A stretch of 16,477 bases of DNA from Pseudomonadota bacterium (GCA_043818055.1 JBDRGF010000100.1:1-16477); one strand, 5' to 3'; positions 1 to 8,863 are shown, counted from the first letter of the stretch. Program-made: numbers and translations. Notes: generated by a model not told the origin, from the sequence alone.

Positions 1-597
1 GAGGAGGGTGGATATCTGACCGAGGCAGTGCGTCGCCGTCCATATGCTGTGATACTTCTCGATGAAATAGAGAAGGCGCATCCGGATGTTTTTAACGTAC
101 TGTTGCAGATATTGGATGATGGTCGTTTGACCGACGGGCAGGGGAGGACGGTCAATTTTACGAACACGGTGATGATCATGACCTCCAACATAGGCTCTGA
201 GTATCTGGCCGAGCTCTCGGGAGATGAGGAGAAGATAGCCGAGAAGGTTTTGGGGGCATTGAAGGAACATTTCAGGCCTGAGTTTGTGAACCGCGTCGAT
301 GATCTGGTGATATTCCACTCCCTCAATAAGGTTCAGATTAAGTCGATCGTCGATATACAGCTCAAGAAGCTCGAGACATCTCTGGCGTCGCGTCACATCA
401 AAGTTACGGTCGATGAAAAGGCAAAGGAGCTTCTCGTCGAGCATGGTTGGGACCCCGCATATGGCGCTCGTCCATTAAAACGCGCGATACAAAAATATAT
501 CCAGGACCCGCTGGCGAGCTCCATTTTAGAGGGCAAATTCAACGACGGTTCGAAGATCAAAGCGACCACAAAGGGAAATGAGATCGTGTTTCAATAG
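1..597 (+). CDS. clpB: ATP-dependent chaperone ClpB, C-terminal part (gene begins upstream of window)
   Basis: Frame 1 is open from base 1 ([51 protein letters not shown]). It has the NBD2 Walker [18 protein letters not shown] and [11 protein letters not shown] motifs of ClpB/ClpC. AVRRRPY and DGQGRTV favour ClpB. TAG stop at 595-597. Confidence 0.9.
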   Translation, partial: EEGGYLTEAVRRRPYAVILLDEIEKAHPDVFNVLLQILDDGRLTDGQGRTVNFTNTVMIMTSNIGSEYLAELSGDEEKIAEKVLGALKEHFRPEFVNRVDDLVIFHSLNKVQIKSIVDIQLKKLETSLASRHIKVTVDEKAKELLVEHGWDPAYGARPLKRAIQKYIQDPLASSILEGKFNDGSKIKATTKGNEIVFQ

Positions 598-669
598 ATC
601 TTGTATATTTTAGTAGGTTGATATTTCTACGAAAGAGTCTGTTACTGAAGTCTGTTTTTTGATGTTTTT

Positions 670-731
670 GTAGGGGCAGGTTTCAAACCTGCCCTATTCC
701 ATTTTTGGGCGGGTTTGAAACCCGCCCCTAC
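670..731. repeat. GTAG-family REP doublet in inverted orientation (REPIN/BIME-like)
   Basis: GTAGGGGCAGGTTTCAAACCTGCCC (670-694, +) and GTAGGGGCGGGTTTCAAACCCGCCC (731-707, -). Each is a GTAG tetranucleotide plus a palindrome. The same family recurs at 5456-5516 and 16236-16260. Confidence 0.85.
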
Positions 732-834
732 AACAATTCAATATACAAACGACTTTGGCAACAGCCTCGAAATAGTAGAAAATACATTTGCTACTCCCTT
801 GCATTCTACATGAAAATTGGTTTAAGAAGCCTGT

Positions 835-2298
835 ATGCAAGCATCTGCACCTGTGACGCTATCATCGAGCATTCAACGGTTATGCAAAGTTGTGACAGAT
901 CTGCAACGCGTCCATTATTTCTATTTTGATTTAACTTCAAAAAGAGCTCCGCGTATTTTCTCGAAACCGGTTGTAGGTTTTAAGGATCTCTTGAATGATC
1001 CAAGACGGATGCGAGAGATATTTTCACTTTCTCAGGATGGATATGCCCACGGAAATTCCACACCGCTTGCTTTCGCACGCTTCTATTCTGCACTTAATCC
1101 ACCATGTCTTCCAAATCACATGCGTCAGCAGTGGGAGCGAGCCATCTTTAAGGGCTTTCAAGCCGAGTTGGGTGATTTTGCCCCATTATTAAAAGGCTTA
1201 AGGGAATTTTTACAGACTGGAGAGGATTCGAAAATAGATTTAGATTGTTCAAGTCCAATTGTGTACTTTGACCCATGGCATCTGAATGAGAGCGCAAGAA
1301 GTCTTTTTCATACGCGCATAGACAATTTCAATAAAGAGCTGGCATATTATAACGATGCAAGAAACAGATGGGATGCTCGTTATAATGAAAATCATCCATT
1401 GTGCATGGCTTTTCGTGCAGCTGAAAGTATGTCCGAGGTAATTGCTGGCCCAAAATTGCGGGATACTCAGGAGATGCTAAAAATTCAGTTGGAGACTTTT
1501 GTCGAAGAGGGAGAACCAAGCCCATTTTCTAAAAGTGCAACGCGACAACGATTTGGCGCATCTTTCTATGATCATCTAAGTCCCGATCAGTGGGAGCTTC
1601 TCGGAAATAAACGACTCTGGCGGTTGGAAATGGAACGGGATGCACTCATTTATAGTGGTTATATGTACTATGAATACCATCCAGCTGCTAGCCATAGCCT
1701 TTCTCGATACGATGCTGATGGCGCTTCGAATTTTGGAATGATCTATAGTGGTATGACCCTTTTTAGTACATGTGATGAGTTGTTAAGCTTTTCCGAATTT
1801 TGGTTTAAGATGGCATTTATTGGCCTTATTCGGGATGGTGTCACTATGGAAGCTCCCATTTCAAAAACGCTGCCGGAAGAGAAGGGATTAATTCGATTTA
1901 AACATTTTATAAACGAGAACTATCATTTACTAATGAACAGATTTAAAAAGAGGGAAGAACCGACGGAGGAAGAGATATTAGCTGAGAGGATAGTCGCTGC
2001 ATTAGAGTCAGGAGAAGATGCTGTTGCCAAAATCCGTTTTGTTAACACGGGTGAAGTCTTGAACGGCATTGAGGTAAAGGAGGGGGCTGGGGGGAGGCGC
2101 GTCGTTTTGGAGGTTGAGTTCAGTCGCCCAATTGCTTTTCGACCCCATCGTGATAGTGATGGTCGTTTGGGAATCGATTTGATTGATACTATGTATATTT
2201 CAGGCGGAGTTTCTGAAATTAGATTGAATCTTGAGCTTGAGAAAGATTTCAGATTTGAGGAGATCATGATTGGCGAGTATCGGCCCTACTATCCATAA
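835..2298 (+). CDS. Hypothetical protein (487 aa), no recognisable family
   Basis: Long uninterrupted ORF filling the gap between clpB and a strong hairpin, with globular-protein composition. I recognise no motif. The start codon is uncertain (no clear SD). Confidence 0.75.
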   Translation: MQASAPVTLSSSIQRLCKVVTDLQRVHYFYFDLTSKRAPRIFSKPVVGFKDLLNDPRRMREIFSLSQDGYAHGNSTPLAFARFYSALNPPCLPNHMRQQWERAIFKGFQAELGDFAPLLKGLREFLQTGEDSKIDLDCSSPIVYFDPWHLNESARSLFHTRIDNFNKELAYYNDARNRWDARYNENHPLCMAFRAAESMSEVIAGPKLRDTQEMLKIQLETFVEEGEPSPFSKSATRQRFGASFYDHLSPDQWELLGNKRLWRLEMERDALIYSGYMYYEYHPAASHSLSRYDADGASNFGMIYSGMTLFSTCDELLSFSEFWFKMAFIGLIRDGVTMEAPISKTLPEEKGLIRFKHFINENYHLLMNRFKKREEPTEEEILAERIVAALESGEDAVAKIRFVNTGEVLNGIEVKEGAGGRRVVLEVEFSRPIAFRPHRDSDGRLGIDLIDTMYISGGVSEIRLNLELEKDFRFEEIMIGEYRPYYP

Positions 2299-2322
2299 TT
2301 TAAGAACTCAAAATTTAAAAAT

Positions 2323-2360
2323 AAAAAAACCGCGGTATGATTGCTCATACCGCGGTTCTT
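2323..2360 (-). terminator. Intrinsic terminator of the RRM gene, probably bidirectional
   Basis: Perfect 13-bp stem AACCGCGGTATGA-TTGC-TCATACCGCGGTT (2328-2357). The A-run at 2323-2329 is a U-tract on the - strand, and TTCTT overlaps the + side end. It lies between convergent stops at 2298 and 2372. Confidence 0.85.
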
Positions 2361-2371
2361 GATTTAGCAAC

Positions 2372-2704
2372 TTACCAGTCTCTACGACCGCCACCGCCGC
2401 CACGACCACCTTCTCTTCTGCCGCCGCCGCCACCAAAGCCACCACGTTCACGTGGAGCCTGTGGGCGTGCTTCGTTCACTTTCAATGCGCGACCCTCGAT
2501 CTCTTTTCCATTCAATGTGTTGATCGCTGCATTTGCTTCTTCGTCATTGGACATCTCAACAAAACCGAATCCCTTGCTGCGACCTGAAAAGTTATCCATG
2601 ATAACCTTTGCTGAATCGACAGTTCCGGAATCGGCGAACATGTTTTTGAGATCTTCGTCCGTGACACTGTAGGGCAAGTTCCCTACATACAATTTCTTAC
2701 TCAT
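2372..2704 (-). CDS. RRM (RNP-1) RNA-binding protein with Gly/Arg-rich tail
   Basis: RNP2 KLYVGNL, RNP1 KGFGFVEM, GRALKVNEARP and a GGGGRR tail. AAGGAG SD upstream of the ATG. Confidence 0.95.
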   Translation of the reverse strand: MSKKLYVGNLPYSVTDEDLKNMFADSGTVDSAKVIMDNFSGRSKGFGFVEMSNDEEANAAINTLNGKEIEGRALKVNEARPQAPRERGGFGGGGGRREGGRGGGGGRRDW

Positions 2705-2824
2705 TTTCTCTCCTTATCGTTTGCGTTGCCCAACCACTGGACATGACGGCTAGTTTCCAAATACGAGGCGAAGGATAGATAATTATCAACCTTTAGTCAA
2801 AACAAAAATCGAATTTATCGCCTT

Positions 2825-3115
2825 TTATGCGCTTTTCAGCGCACTTTTCAGCAGTTCAACCAGATCTAAAGCCTTAAAGCCTATCAGAGTCGCCTTTTCA
2901 TCAAAAATTTCGCTGACAGTCTTGTCGATATTCAGATCGACTATCCTCTTGCCAACAATGGCATTTTCGAGCCTTTCGATCGAATCCTCTGGATAGACGA
3001 AAAAATCGCCGCTGATCATGATCTTCCTGATGCAGCCATCCTCAACCAACCCCTTGCATCGAAGGAGTTTTCCGCTCGGCACTTTGTAGTCGCGCCTTAT
3101 CTCAACGGCGTTCAT
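2825..3115 (-). CDS. Stand-alone lipoate-protein ligase C-terminal domain (LplB-like accessory subunit)
   Basis: YKVPSGKLL...IMISGDFFVYPEDSIERLENAIVG matches the Lip_prot_lig_C pattern (ISGDFF). The likely start is ATG 3115, overlapping the end of the catalytic gene; ATG 3133 is an alternative. The 3220 start is an over-extension. Confidence 0.8.
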   Translation of the reverse strand: MNAVEIRRDYKVPSGKLLRCKGLVEDGCIRKIMISGDFFVYPEDSIERLENAIVGKRIVDLNIDKTVSEIFDEKATLIGFKALDLVELLKSALKSA

Positions 3116-3869
3116 TCCAATCGGGGTTTCCATATCTCTTCTCTGCGAGCTGTTTTGCCAAAGATTCCTCTTCCTCGGTAAAGCTTCCCGGAGTAAGTTC
3201 CAGACTAAAATTTCTGGCAAATCCCTCTGCTAGTGCCTCTATAATCTTTTTGTGATCGGGTAGCTCTCCGGTCTCTTTTTTTATCGATGTAACGGAATCT
3301 TCAACTCTTTTGATGATTTTGTCCTTTAGCTTTTCGTTCGGAACTTTCAGGAGGGTGAACATGAGCTTTGGATCGACATCGCACAGAATCGTGCCGTGCT
3401 GAAGTATTTGTGATCCTTTTCTCGTCTGCGCATTTCCTGAAATTTTCCTGTTTCCAACTATGATATCATTGACTGGTCTGTATGATGCATCGAGACCGAA
3501 TTTTTTTAATCCGAAGATCAGAGAGTTGCAGATTCTATCATACGACTCGAGGACATCTTGGGAGATCAATTCGTGGTTTTTGTCGATTATCAATGAATAT
3601 GTCACTTCACCGTTGTAATCGTGATAGACAGCACCTCCGCCTGTCAGCCTTCTTATGTATTTGATCGAGCGGGCATCGCACGCCTTTACATCGACCTCTT
3701 CGAAGAGGCTCTGAAAGTATCCGATCGTGATCGCTGAGGGCTTCCATCTGTAAAAGCGAAGTGTGGTGGGAAGTTTTAGCTTATCTTTGAGCAGTACGAC
3801 CGCTTCATCATAAGCCATGTTCAGCGCCGGATCGACCCCATCCATCAGTATTAATCTTGTTTTTTCCAT
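3102..3869 (-). CDS. lplA: Lipoate-protein ligase A family catalytic domain (BPL/LplA/LipB fold)
   Basis: NMAYDEA, TLRFYRW, ITIGYFQ, RRLTGGGAVYHD, NDI, RKISGNAQ and LQHGTIL motifs. ATG 3869 is preferred over TTG 3881, which lies in the heptamer array. Confidence 0.88.
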   Translation of the reverse strand: MEKTRLILMDGVDPALNMAYDEAVVLLKDKLKLPTTLRFYRWKPSAITIGYFQSLFEEVDVKACDARSIKYIRRLTGGGAVYHDYNGEVTYSLIIDKNHELISQDVLESYDRICNSLIFGLKKFGLDASYRPVNDIIVGNRKISGNAQTRKGSQILQHGTILCDVDPKLMFTLLKVPNEKLKDKIIKRVEDSVTSIKKETGELPDHKKIIEALAEGFARNFSLELTPGSFTEEEESLAKQLAEKRYGNPDWNERR

Positions 3870-3877
3870 AACTAAGA

Positions 3878-3999
3878 ACAATTAACAATTAATAAAAACA
3901 ATTAACAATTAACAATAAAGCAATTAACAATTATCAATAACCAATTCACAATTATTGGTAATTGGATATTGTAAATTGTTAATTGCCTTTGTTAATTGC
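3878..3999. repeat. AT-rich heptamer tandem array (ACAATTA)n followed by its inverted form (TAATTGT)n
   Basis: Degenerate ACAATTA units run from 3878 to ~3954, then complementary units run to 3999. GCAATTAACAATT (3920-3932) is the exact reverse complement of AATTGTTAATTGC (3974-3986). Confidence 0.8.
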
Positions 4000-4003
4000 T
4001 TTT

Positions 4004-5434
4004 TCAATCTGCTCCTTCTGGAATCTCTTCGTCCTTCATTTTATGTGCGGTTGTTCCATCCTTCGGATAGGGCTTGTGTACAGGGACGACCTTAATGAAT
4101 TTTTGGATGAGCTCGCCGCTGTTCGTAGTGCCTAGCTGATGAAAGAGACGTTCAAATGTTTTTGCCAGCTCACTTAGTATCGCATGCTTTGTGTTATCGG
4201 TGAGTCCCCATAGCTCCTTCTTGAATGGGCCAAGGGCCTTCTTTCTCGTCTTATAATAGAACTGCTCTGAAGTCTGATCTGCCTTTTTCTCCTTCGCACA
4301 GTTTTTGTCGAGCCACGCGTAAATCTGTTCTTTCAGTGTTTTTGGCAGGGCTGTTGAATCAAGAACTATATTCTGGAATCCGGTCGCGAGATGCACTTCC
4401 AAAGTTTGCCTCTTGGCAAAATTATCGAATGCGGTCTCCGGAAGGGTTGATGCGCCATGCTGAACGACTCCGCCGATGTGGAATTGTTCCCTTGAAGCTG
4501 TTCCGAGTTTTTCGAGTGTGTCAAAGTCGAGAGCTACCTTTGCGATAGTGCCATCTGGCAGTGGAACGCCCCCGTGACTGGTGCCTGTTTGAATCGATAT
4601 CTTGCTTATTCCCTCAGTTCCATTTTCGAGAGTGCTATTGAATCCCTCCATGAATGCCGTGAGCTCTTCGATCGTCGAATTTTTTCCTCCGACCTCGCCG
4701 ATCTCGCCACCGATAGAGATGTTTACACCCTTTGGCTGATGTTGACGAATGTATTTCGAGAGCTCAGCCGCTGTTTCGTAGTTCGCGCGCTGCTGCTCCA
4801 TGATGCTCGGCTTGTCGAGCTCAACGAGGGTTGAGGTGTCGATGTCTATATTATAGAAACCGGCTGCGATCGCCTTTTCGATCAGATGTTTAAGCGATTT
4901 GATCTCTTCAGTTTTGTCCTGCACGAAGTTCTTGGCATTCGCCTGAAAGTGATCGCCCTGAATGAATACAGGATATTCGTAATTTTCTTTGATAGCCGCT
5001 GCCAAAACACATGAGGTGAATTCCTCTGGAGGCTGGTTCGTATAGGTCATCTCCGATTTCGCTATTTCAAATATGCATGCACCGGAGTTTATCTTCTTAA
5101 GCGTTCTAAAGATCGTGCGTGCTGTGTCGTAAGTCAAAGTTCTCAAGTTGATAGCTGGCACCGTTTCATTCTGCCACGCGTTTGTGGACCTTGCCATATA
5201 GTAATCATGAATCGAAGCCGAAGGACAGCTCATCTGCTGAGATGCCTCCCAGATTATCCAGTAGCATATCGGTTTAAGCGTCTCCTCTGTATTGAAGACC
5301 GCGTTGTAGATGATATTGTCTATCTCTCTTCCCCTCAGTAGCTGTTTATCCTTAATGATCAGTTCGTCATCTTTAATCTCGAGTGTTTGAGCAAGCTCAT
5401 TCATCATCTGTTCTTTGTTTTTCCACATTTCCAT
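4004..5434 (-). CDS. Class II fructose-bisphosphate aldolase family protein (long, 476-aa type)
   Basis: Metal/catalytic motifs IQGDHFQ, IDIDTS, GGEIGEVGG, GTSHGG and VQHGASTLP. GGAGG SD upstream of ATG 5434. Confidence 0.85.
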   Translation of the reverse strand: MEMWKNKEQMMNELAQTLEIKDDELIIKDKQLLRGREIDNIIYNAVFNTEETLKPICYWIIWEASQQMSCPSASIHDYYMARSTNAWQNETVPAINLRTLTYDTARTIFRTLKKINSGACIFEIAKSEMTYTNQPPEEFTSCVLAAAIKENYEYPVFIQGDHFQANAKNFVQDKTEEIKSLKHLIEKAIAAGFYNIDIDTSTLVELDKPSIMEQQRANYETAAELSKYIRQHQPKGVNISIGGEIGEVGGKNSTIEELTAFMEGFNSTLENGTEGISKISIQTGTSHGGVPLPDGTIAKVALDFDTLEKLGTASREQFHIGGVVQHGASTLPETAFDNFAKRQTLEVHLATGFQNIVLDSTALPKTLKEQIYAWLDKNCAKEKKADQTSEQFYYKTRKKALGPFKKELWGLTDNTKHAILSELAKTFERLFHQLGTTNSGELIQKFIKVVPVHKPYPKDGTTAHKMKDEEIPEGAD

Positions 5435-5455
5435 CGCATCCTCCTGATATATTTT

Positions 5456-5516
5456 GTAGGGGAGGGTTTCAAACCCTCCCGTTATTATGGTGGGCAGGTT
5501 TGAAACCTGCCCCTAC
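5456..5516. repeat. GTAG-family REP doublet in inverted orientation
   Basis: GTAGGGGAGGGTTTCAAACCCTCCC (5456-5480, +) and GTAGGGGCAGGTTTCAAACCTGCCC (5516-5492, -). Same family as 670-731. Confidence 0.85.
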
Positions 5517-5539
5517 ATTAATTCAGTAATTTCGCCCCC

Positions 5540-6724
5540 TCACTTAAGATGGTTTAATGCAACTGTCAACCTTTGAACCGCTTCTTTAATATCCTCTTCC
5601 GACGAGGCGTAGGATATCCGTATATAGCCGGGCGCCCCAAAGGGCTCCCCGCTGACTAGTGCCACATGGGCTGTTGTCAGAATATGTTCAGTCAGATAGT
5701 TAGAGCTCTTTATCGATCTGGAGCCGGAAAGTTCAATTATTTCACGCATATCTGGAAGGAGGTAAAACGCCCCTTGAGGTTTATGCACCTTGACGTGCGG
5801 AATCGAAGAGACGAGATCGAAGATCAGGTTCCTCCTCTTTTCAAATTCGGAGCGCATCCTTTCGATATCGCCGTTGCCCTTTGTCAGCGCAGTCACGCAG
5901 GCCTCCTGTATAAAAGAGGGAAGTCCTGTGAGCTGTTGCGCCTGCAACGAGGTCATCTTCTGTATGAATTCCTTTGGAGCGGCCATGTAGCCGACCCTCC
6001 AGCCTGTCATCGCATACGACTTTGAAAAGCCGTTAGCGATGAGGCTCAAATTTTTGATATCCGGATTCACGTTGGCAATCGATATATGTTTTACCCCGTC
6101 GTATGTCAGCTTTTCGTAGATCTCATCTGAGATCACGAATATATTATTTTTGATACAGATCGAAGCAATTGCTTCCAGCAATTCGCGCGAGTAGATCATG
6201 CCGCTCGGATTCGATGGCGAGCAGATTATGATCGCCCTCGTCCTCTTAGTGACAGCCTTTTTTAGCTTTTCGATATCTATCAGAAGGTCATCTTCGAGTG
6301 GCAGGATCACAGGTTTTCCACCGGCGAGTTCGACCTGGGTTGGATAGGAGACCCAGTAAGGGGAGGGGATGATCACCTCATCGCCCGGATCGACCAATAT
6401 CTGCAAAGCATTATAGATGCCAAGCTTCGCGCCGCACGTGATGCAAATTTCATCCAAAGCGAAACTTAAGTTATTGTCGTTTTTAAATTTTTCAGAGACG
6501 GCCATCTTCAAATCGGCGATGCCGCTCGGTGGCGTGTATTTCGTGTGTCCCAAGTTCAGAGCTTCTATCGCCTTTTGCTTTATGTAATCTGGCGTATCGA
6601 AATCGGGCTCGCCGGCGGAGAGGTTGATGATGTCGATCCCCTTCGCCTTCATCTCCTTGGCCCTGGTCGATGTGTTCACCGTGGCTGAGGGTTTCATCCA
6701 TTCGGTTCTATTTGCAAGATGCAT
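5540..6724 (-). CDS. aspC: PLP-dependent class I/II aminotransferase (aspartate aminotransferase-like)
   Basis: GEPDFDTP, TKYT, PYWVSY, SPSNPSG, SDEIYEKL, the PLP-lysine motif FSKSYAMTGWRVGY, and YIRISYA. Confidence 0.88.
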   Translation of the reverse strand: MHLANRTEWMKPSATVNTSTRAKEMKAKGIDIINLSAGEPDFDTPDYIKQKAIEALNLGHTKYTPPSGIADLKMAVSEKFKNDNNLSFALDEICITCGAKLGIYNALQILVDPGDEVIIPSPYWVSYPTQVELAGGKPVILPLEDDLLIDIEKLKKAVTKRTRAIIICSPSNPSGMIYSRELLEAIASICIKNNIFVISDEIYEKLTYDGVKHISIANVNPDIKNLSLIANGFSKSYAMTGWRVGYMAAPKEFIQKMTSLQAQQLTGLPSFIQEACVTALTKGNGDIERMRSEFEKRRNLIFDLVSSIPHVKVHKPQGAFYLLPDMREIIELSGSRSIKSSNYLTEHILTTAHVALVSGEPFGAPGYIRISYASSEEDIKEAVQRLTVALNHLK

Positions 6725-7220
6725 TCTTACCTCTTGATTGAAGCTTCTCCTTCAATCTGGTTTCGACTATCGGATGAATCATTCCCTTCGTCGAGCCGCC
6801 GCAGATGATAATCTCTTTGATGATGGACGAGCTTAAGTGAGCGTAGTGTCCCTCGGTCATCATGTAGAGGGTTTCAATCTCGGGGGCTAAAGTTTTGTTT
6901 GCGAGCGCCATCTGCGATTCATATTCGTAATCGCTCATGTTTCTGATGCCGCGCAGTATCGTGTTGCATCCGCTTTTACGGGCGTATTCTACCAGCAGGC
7001 CGTTGAATGAATCGATGACGACGTTGTCCGAATTTTTGAAAATTTCATTAAGAATTTCGACCCTCTCAGCGGCTTCAAAGATAGGATCCTTGGAGACAGC
7101 GGTCGCGACGGCGACGATCAGCCTGTCAAAAATTTTAAGTCCTCTTTCGATGATGTTGATGTGCCCCATCGTGGGGGGATCGAAGGTGCCGGCGCAGATT
7201 GCTGTTTTAGTTTTATCCAT
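6708..7220 (-). CDS. coaD: Phosphopantetheine adenylyltransferase
   Basis: GTFDPPTMGH, GLLVEYA, ILRGIRNMSDYEYESQMALAN and LSSSIIKEI motifs. Canonical position downstream of rsmD. Confidence 0.95.
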   Translation of the reverse strand: MDKTKTAICAGTFDPPTMGHINIIERGLKIFDRLIVAVATAVSKDPIFEAAERVEILNEIFKNSDNVVIDSFNGLLVEYARKSGCNTILRGIRNMSDYEYESQMALANKTLAPEIETLYMMTEGHYAHLSSSIIKEIIICGGSTKGMIHPIVETRLKEKLQSRGKNASCK

Positions 7221-7782
7221 CGGTTTGTTCCTGTTGTGAAGGTTTTAAAAAGGAGATTCGCGTTTGACCATATTTGCGTGTTTCGGTCAAGGCGAAAGCC
7301 TTTACGGGCTCGACCATCTCTTTCGGACTGTGTTCTATAATGATGATCGCATCTTTCTGAAAGATGCTGGTCTCTGCCAGCTGCGATAATGTCGTATTTA
7401 CCAGATTTTTTTCGTAAGGTGGGTCGATGAATATGAGGTCGAACTTTTCTTCTCTCCTCTGAAGCATCTTTATCGCCCTAGCCACGTGGGCGTCGATGAC
7501 CCTCGATGAGTTTTCAAAACCTGTGCTCTGAATATTCTTTTTGAGTGAGGCAAGAGCGACACGATTGTTATCCACAAAGACGGCGCGCTTAGCACCCCTC
7601 GACAACGCCTCGATGCCGATCGCCCCTGTCCCTGCAAAGAGGTCGAGCACAGTGAGATCAGTTACGTCGAAGAGGATGTTGAAGATGGCACCCTTGACCT
7701 TGTCGAGCACAGGGCGCGTTGGAAAAATTCCCTTCGGCGCTACAAGCTTCCTACCTTTAGCTGTTCCGGCTATGACTCGCAT
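7213..7782 (-). CDS. rsmD: 16S rRNA (guanine966-N2)-methyltransferase RsmD
   Basis: MRVIAGTAKGRKL, VLDLFAGTGAIGIEALSRGA, FDLIFIDPPY and RKYGQT motifs. Adjacent to coaD. Confidence 0.93.
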   Translation of the reverse strand: MRVIAGTAKGRKLVAPKGIFPTRPVLDKVKGAIFNILFDVTDLTVLDLFAGTGAIGIEALSRGAKRAVFVDNNRVALASLKKNIQSTGFENSSRVIDAHVARAIKMLQRREEKFDLIFIDPPYEKNLVNTTLSQLAETSIFQKDAIIIIEHSPKEMVEPVKAFALTETRKYGQTRISFLKPSQQEQTDG

Positions 7783-8142
7783 TTAAATTACCGAAGCGTT
7801 CATAGCGGCAAATACGCCAAGAGCGCCTAAGAAGAAGATAGTGATGTATGTCAATATGATAAGGGCGTAAAATGATGTGCCGATTATTCCCAATACCATG
7901 GCAATCTTCGCAAGATTGAGATCACTATTCGACCCCTTCTTTTTGTTGATCTTCCTAATCTCGCCGTGGCTTATGATGATGGCCGGAATACCTGCGACAG
8001 GCCCAAAGCAAAAGAGTGAAAGCACCCCGAAGATCAGCGCGGCTATAACATTAGCGCTGGTGGCACTTTGAACGGGAAGCTTCTTAGTATTTTTTTTTGC
8101 ACGAGTCCTGCGTTTTGGTTTGTCAGTATTCTCCTTCACCAT
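7783..8142 (-). CDS. Small two-TM membrane protein, DUF4190-like
   Basis: Basic N-terminus, then AALIFGVLSLFCFGPVAGIPAIIISH...AKIAMVLGIIG, which is the DUF4190 pattern. GGGGGG SD. The stop abuts the rsmD start. Confidence 0.75.
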   Translation of the reverse strand: MVKENTDKPKRRTRAKKNTKKLPVQSATSANVIAALIFGVLSLFCFGPVAGIPAIIISHGEIRKINKKKGSNSDLNLAKIAMVLGIIGTSFYALIILTYITIFFLGALGVFAAMNASVI

Positions 8143-8214
8143 CTTCCCCCCTTTTTTTGATGTCGGATATCAAATACTATAAGATAACTTTTTGCAAGTT
8201 TTGTATTCAATAAA

Positions 8215-8392
8215 CCACACCCGGTGTGGGCTTTTGACTCACCGGGTGTGGATCCTTGTGGTTGGGGTCGATGAATTGCATTTCGCTTTTCCTAACAACC
8301 TAAACACCTACAGCCTATCAGCCTATTATATATTCCATTTGCCTTCACGCCGTTACGGGTATAAGAAACTGGAAAACACAATCATAAATCGA
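8215..8392. repeat. Direct-repeat module, copy 1 (37-bp palindrome plus conserved leader)
   Basis: CCACACCCGGTGTGGGCTTTTGACTCACCGGGTGTGG (8215-8251) is identical to 8895-8931. The downstream blocks AATTGCATTTCGCTTTTCCTA, CCTATCAGCCTATTATATATTCCATTTGC and CGGGTATAAG are also shared. Confidence 0.85.
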
Positions 8393-8413
8393 ACAGATGA
8401 AGAGGGTAAAGAT

Positions 8414-8842
8414 ATGAAAAGAATAACACGAAAACAAAGTGATGAGTTGTGGGGAGAGGACGGTCCATATTCGCAAGCGCAGCTGATAGAGGAAGAACGA
8501 ATATTGGACGACTCCATCTCAAGAGTCTTCGTCATTGTTTCCGTTAATATCAATCCCTTTACGTTCAAATATGTAAAGAAGCACAGAAAGAAATTTGCGA
8601 ATAATCATATAATTCAGAGTTTGCTTGATGCTTCAAAATATCAGGGAACTAAAGATGGTTACTGTTGCTACGTTTTCCATGCGGAATATGTGAATGAACA
8701 GGTGATGCAAGAAGCCAGGCATTATCTTAAGATAGCAAGAGAAACTATCATTTTAATGCACAAATTTGTGATGAAATGGCTTGGTTTGGAAGTTGAAAAA
8801 CAGGATGTAAACAATGTGCTGCAGTTCAAAGACCTGCATTGA
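8414..8842 (+). CDS. Hypothetical protein (142 aa)
   Basis: ATG 8414 is preceded by GAGGG (MKRITRKQSDELWGEDGPYS...). The upstream extension to 8192 merely reads through the repeat module. Confidence 0.7.
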   Translation: MKRITRKQSDELWGEDGPYSQAQLIEEERILDDSISRVFVIVSVNINPFTFKYVKKHRKKFANNHIIQSLLDASKYQGTKDGYCCYVFHAEYVNEQVMQEARHYLKIARETIILMHKFVMKWLGLEVEKQDVNNVLQFKDLH

Positions 8843-8863
8843 TGGGGGTTAAGGGAAAAAGGC

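Noticed and set aside
705..929. 74-aa ORF MGGFETRPY...
   Set aside because: Its start is the translation of the REP doublet, and it overlaps the 835 ORF out of frame.
2337..2672. Pro-rich 111-aa ORF and other antisense or nested ORFs (e.g. 1923-2267, 4225-4548, 5666-6025, 6937-7239, 9582-10001, 12517-12918, 15953-16333)
   Set aside because: These are shadows of well-supported genes on the opposite strand with no independent motifs. The poly-Pro is the antisense of the Gly-rich tail.
8192..8413. N-terminal extension of the 8414-8842 ORF, and the antisense ORF 8722-8922
   Set aside because: Both read through the non-coding repeat module. The SD supports ATG 8414.
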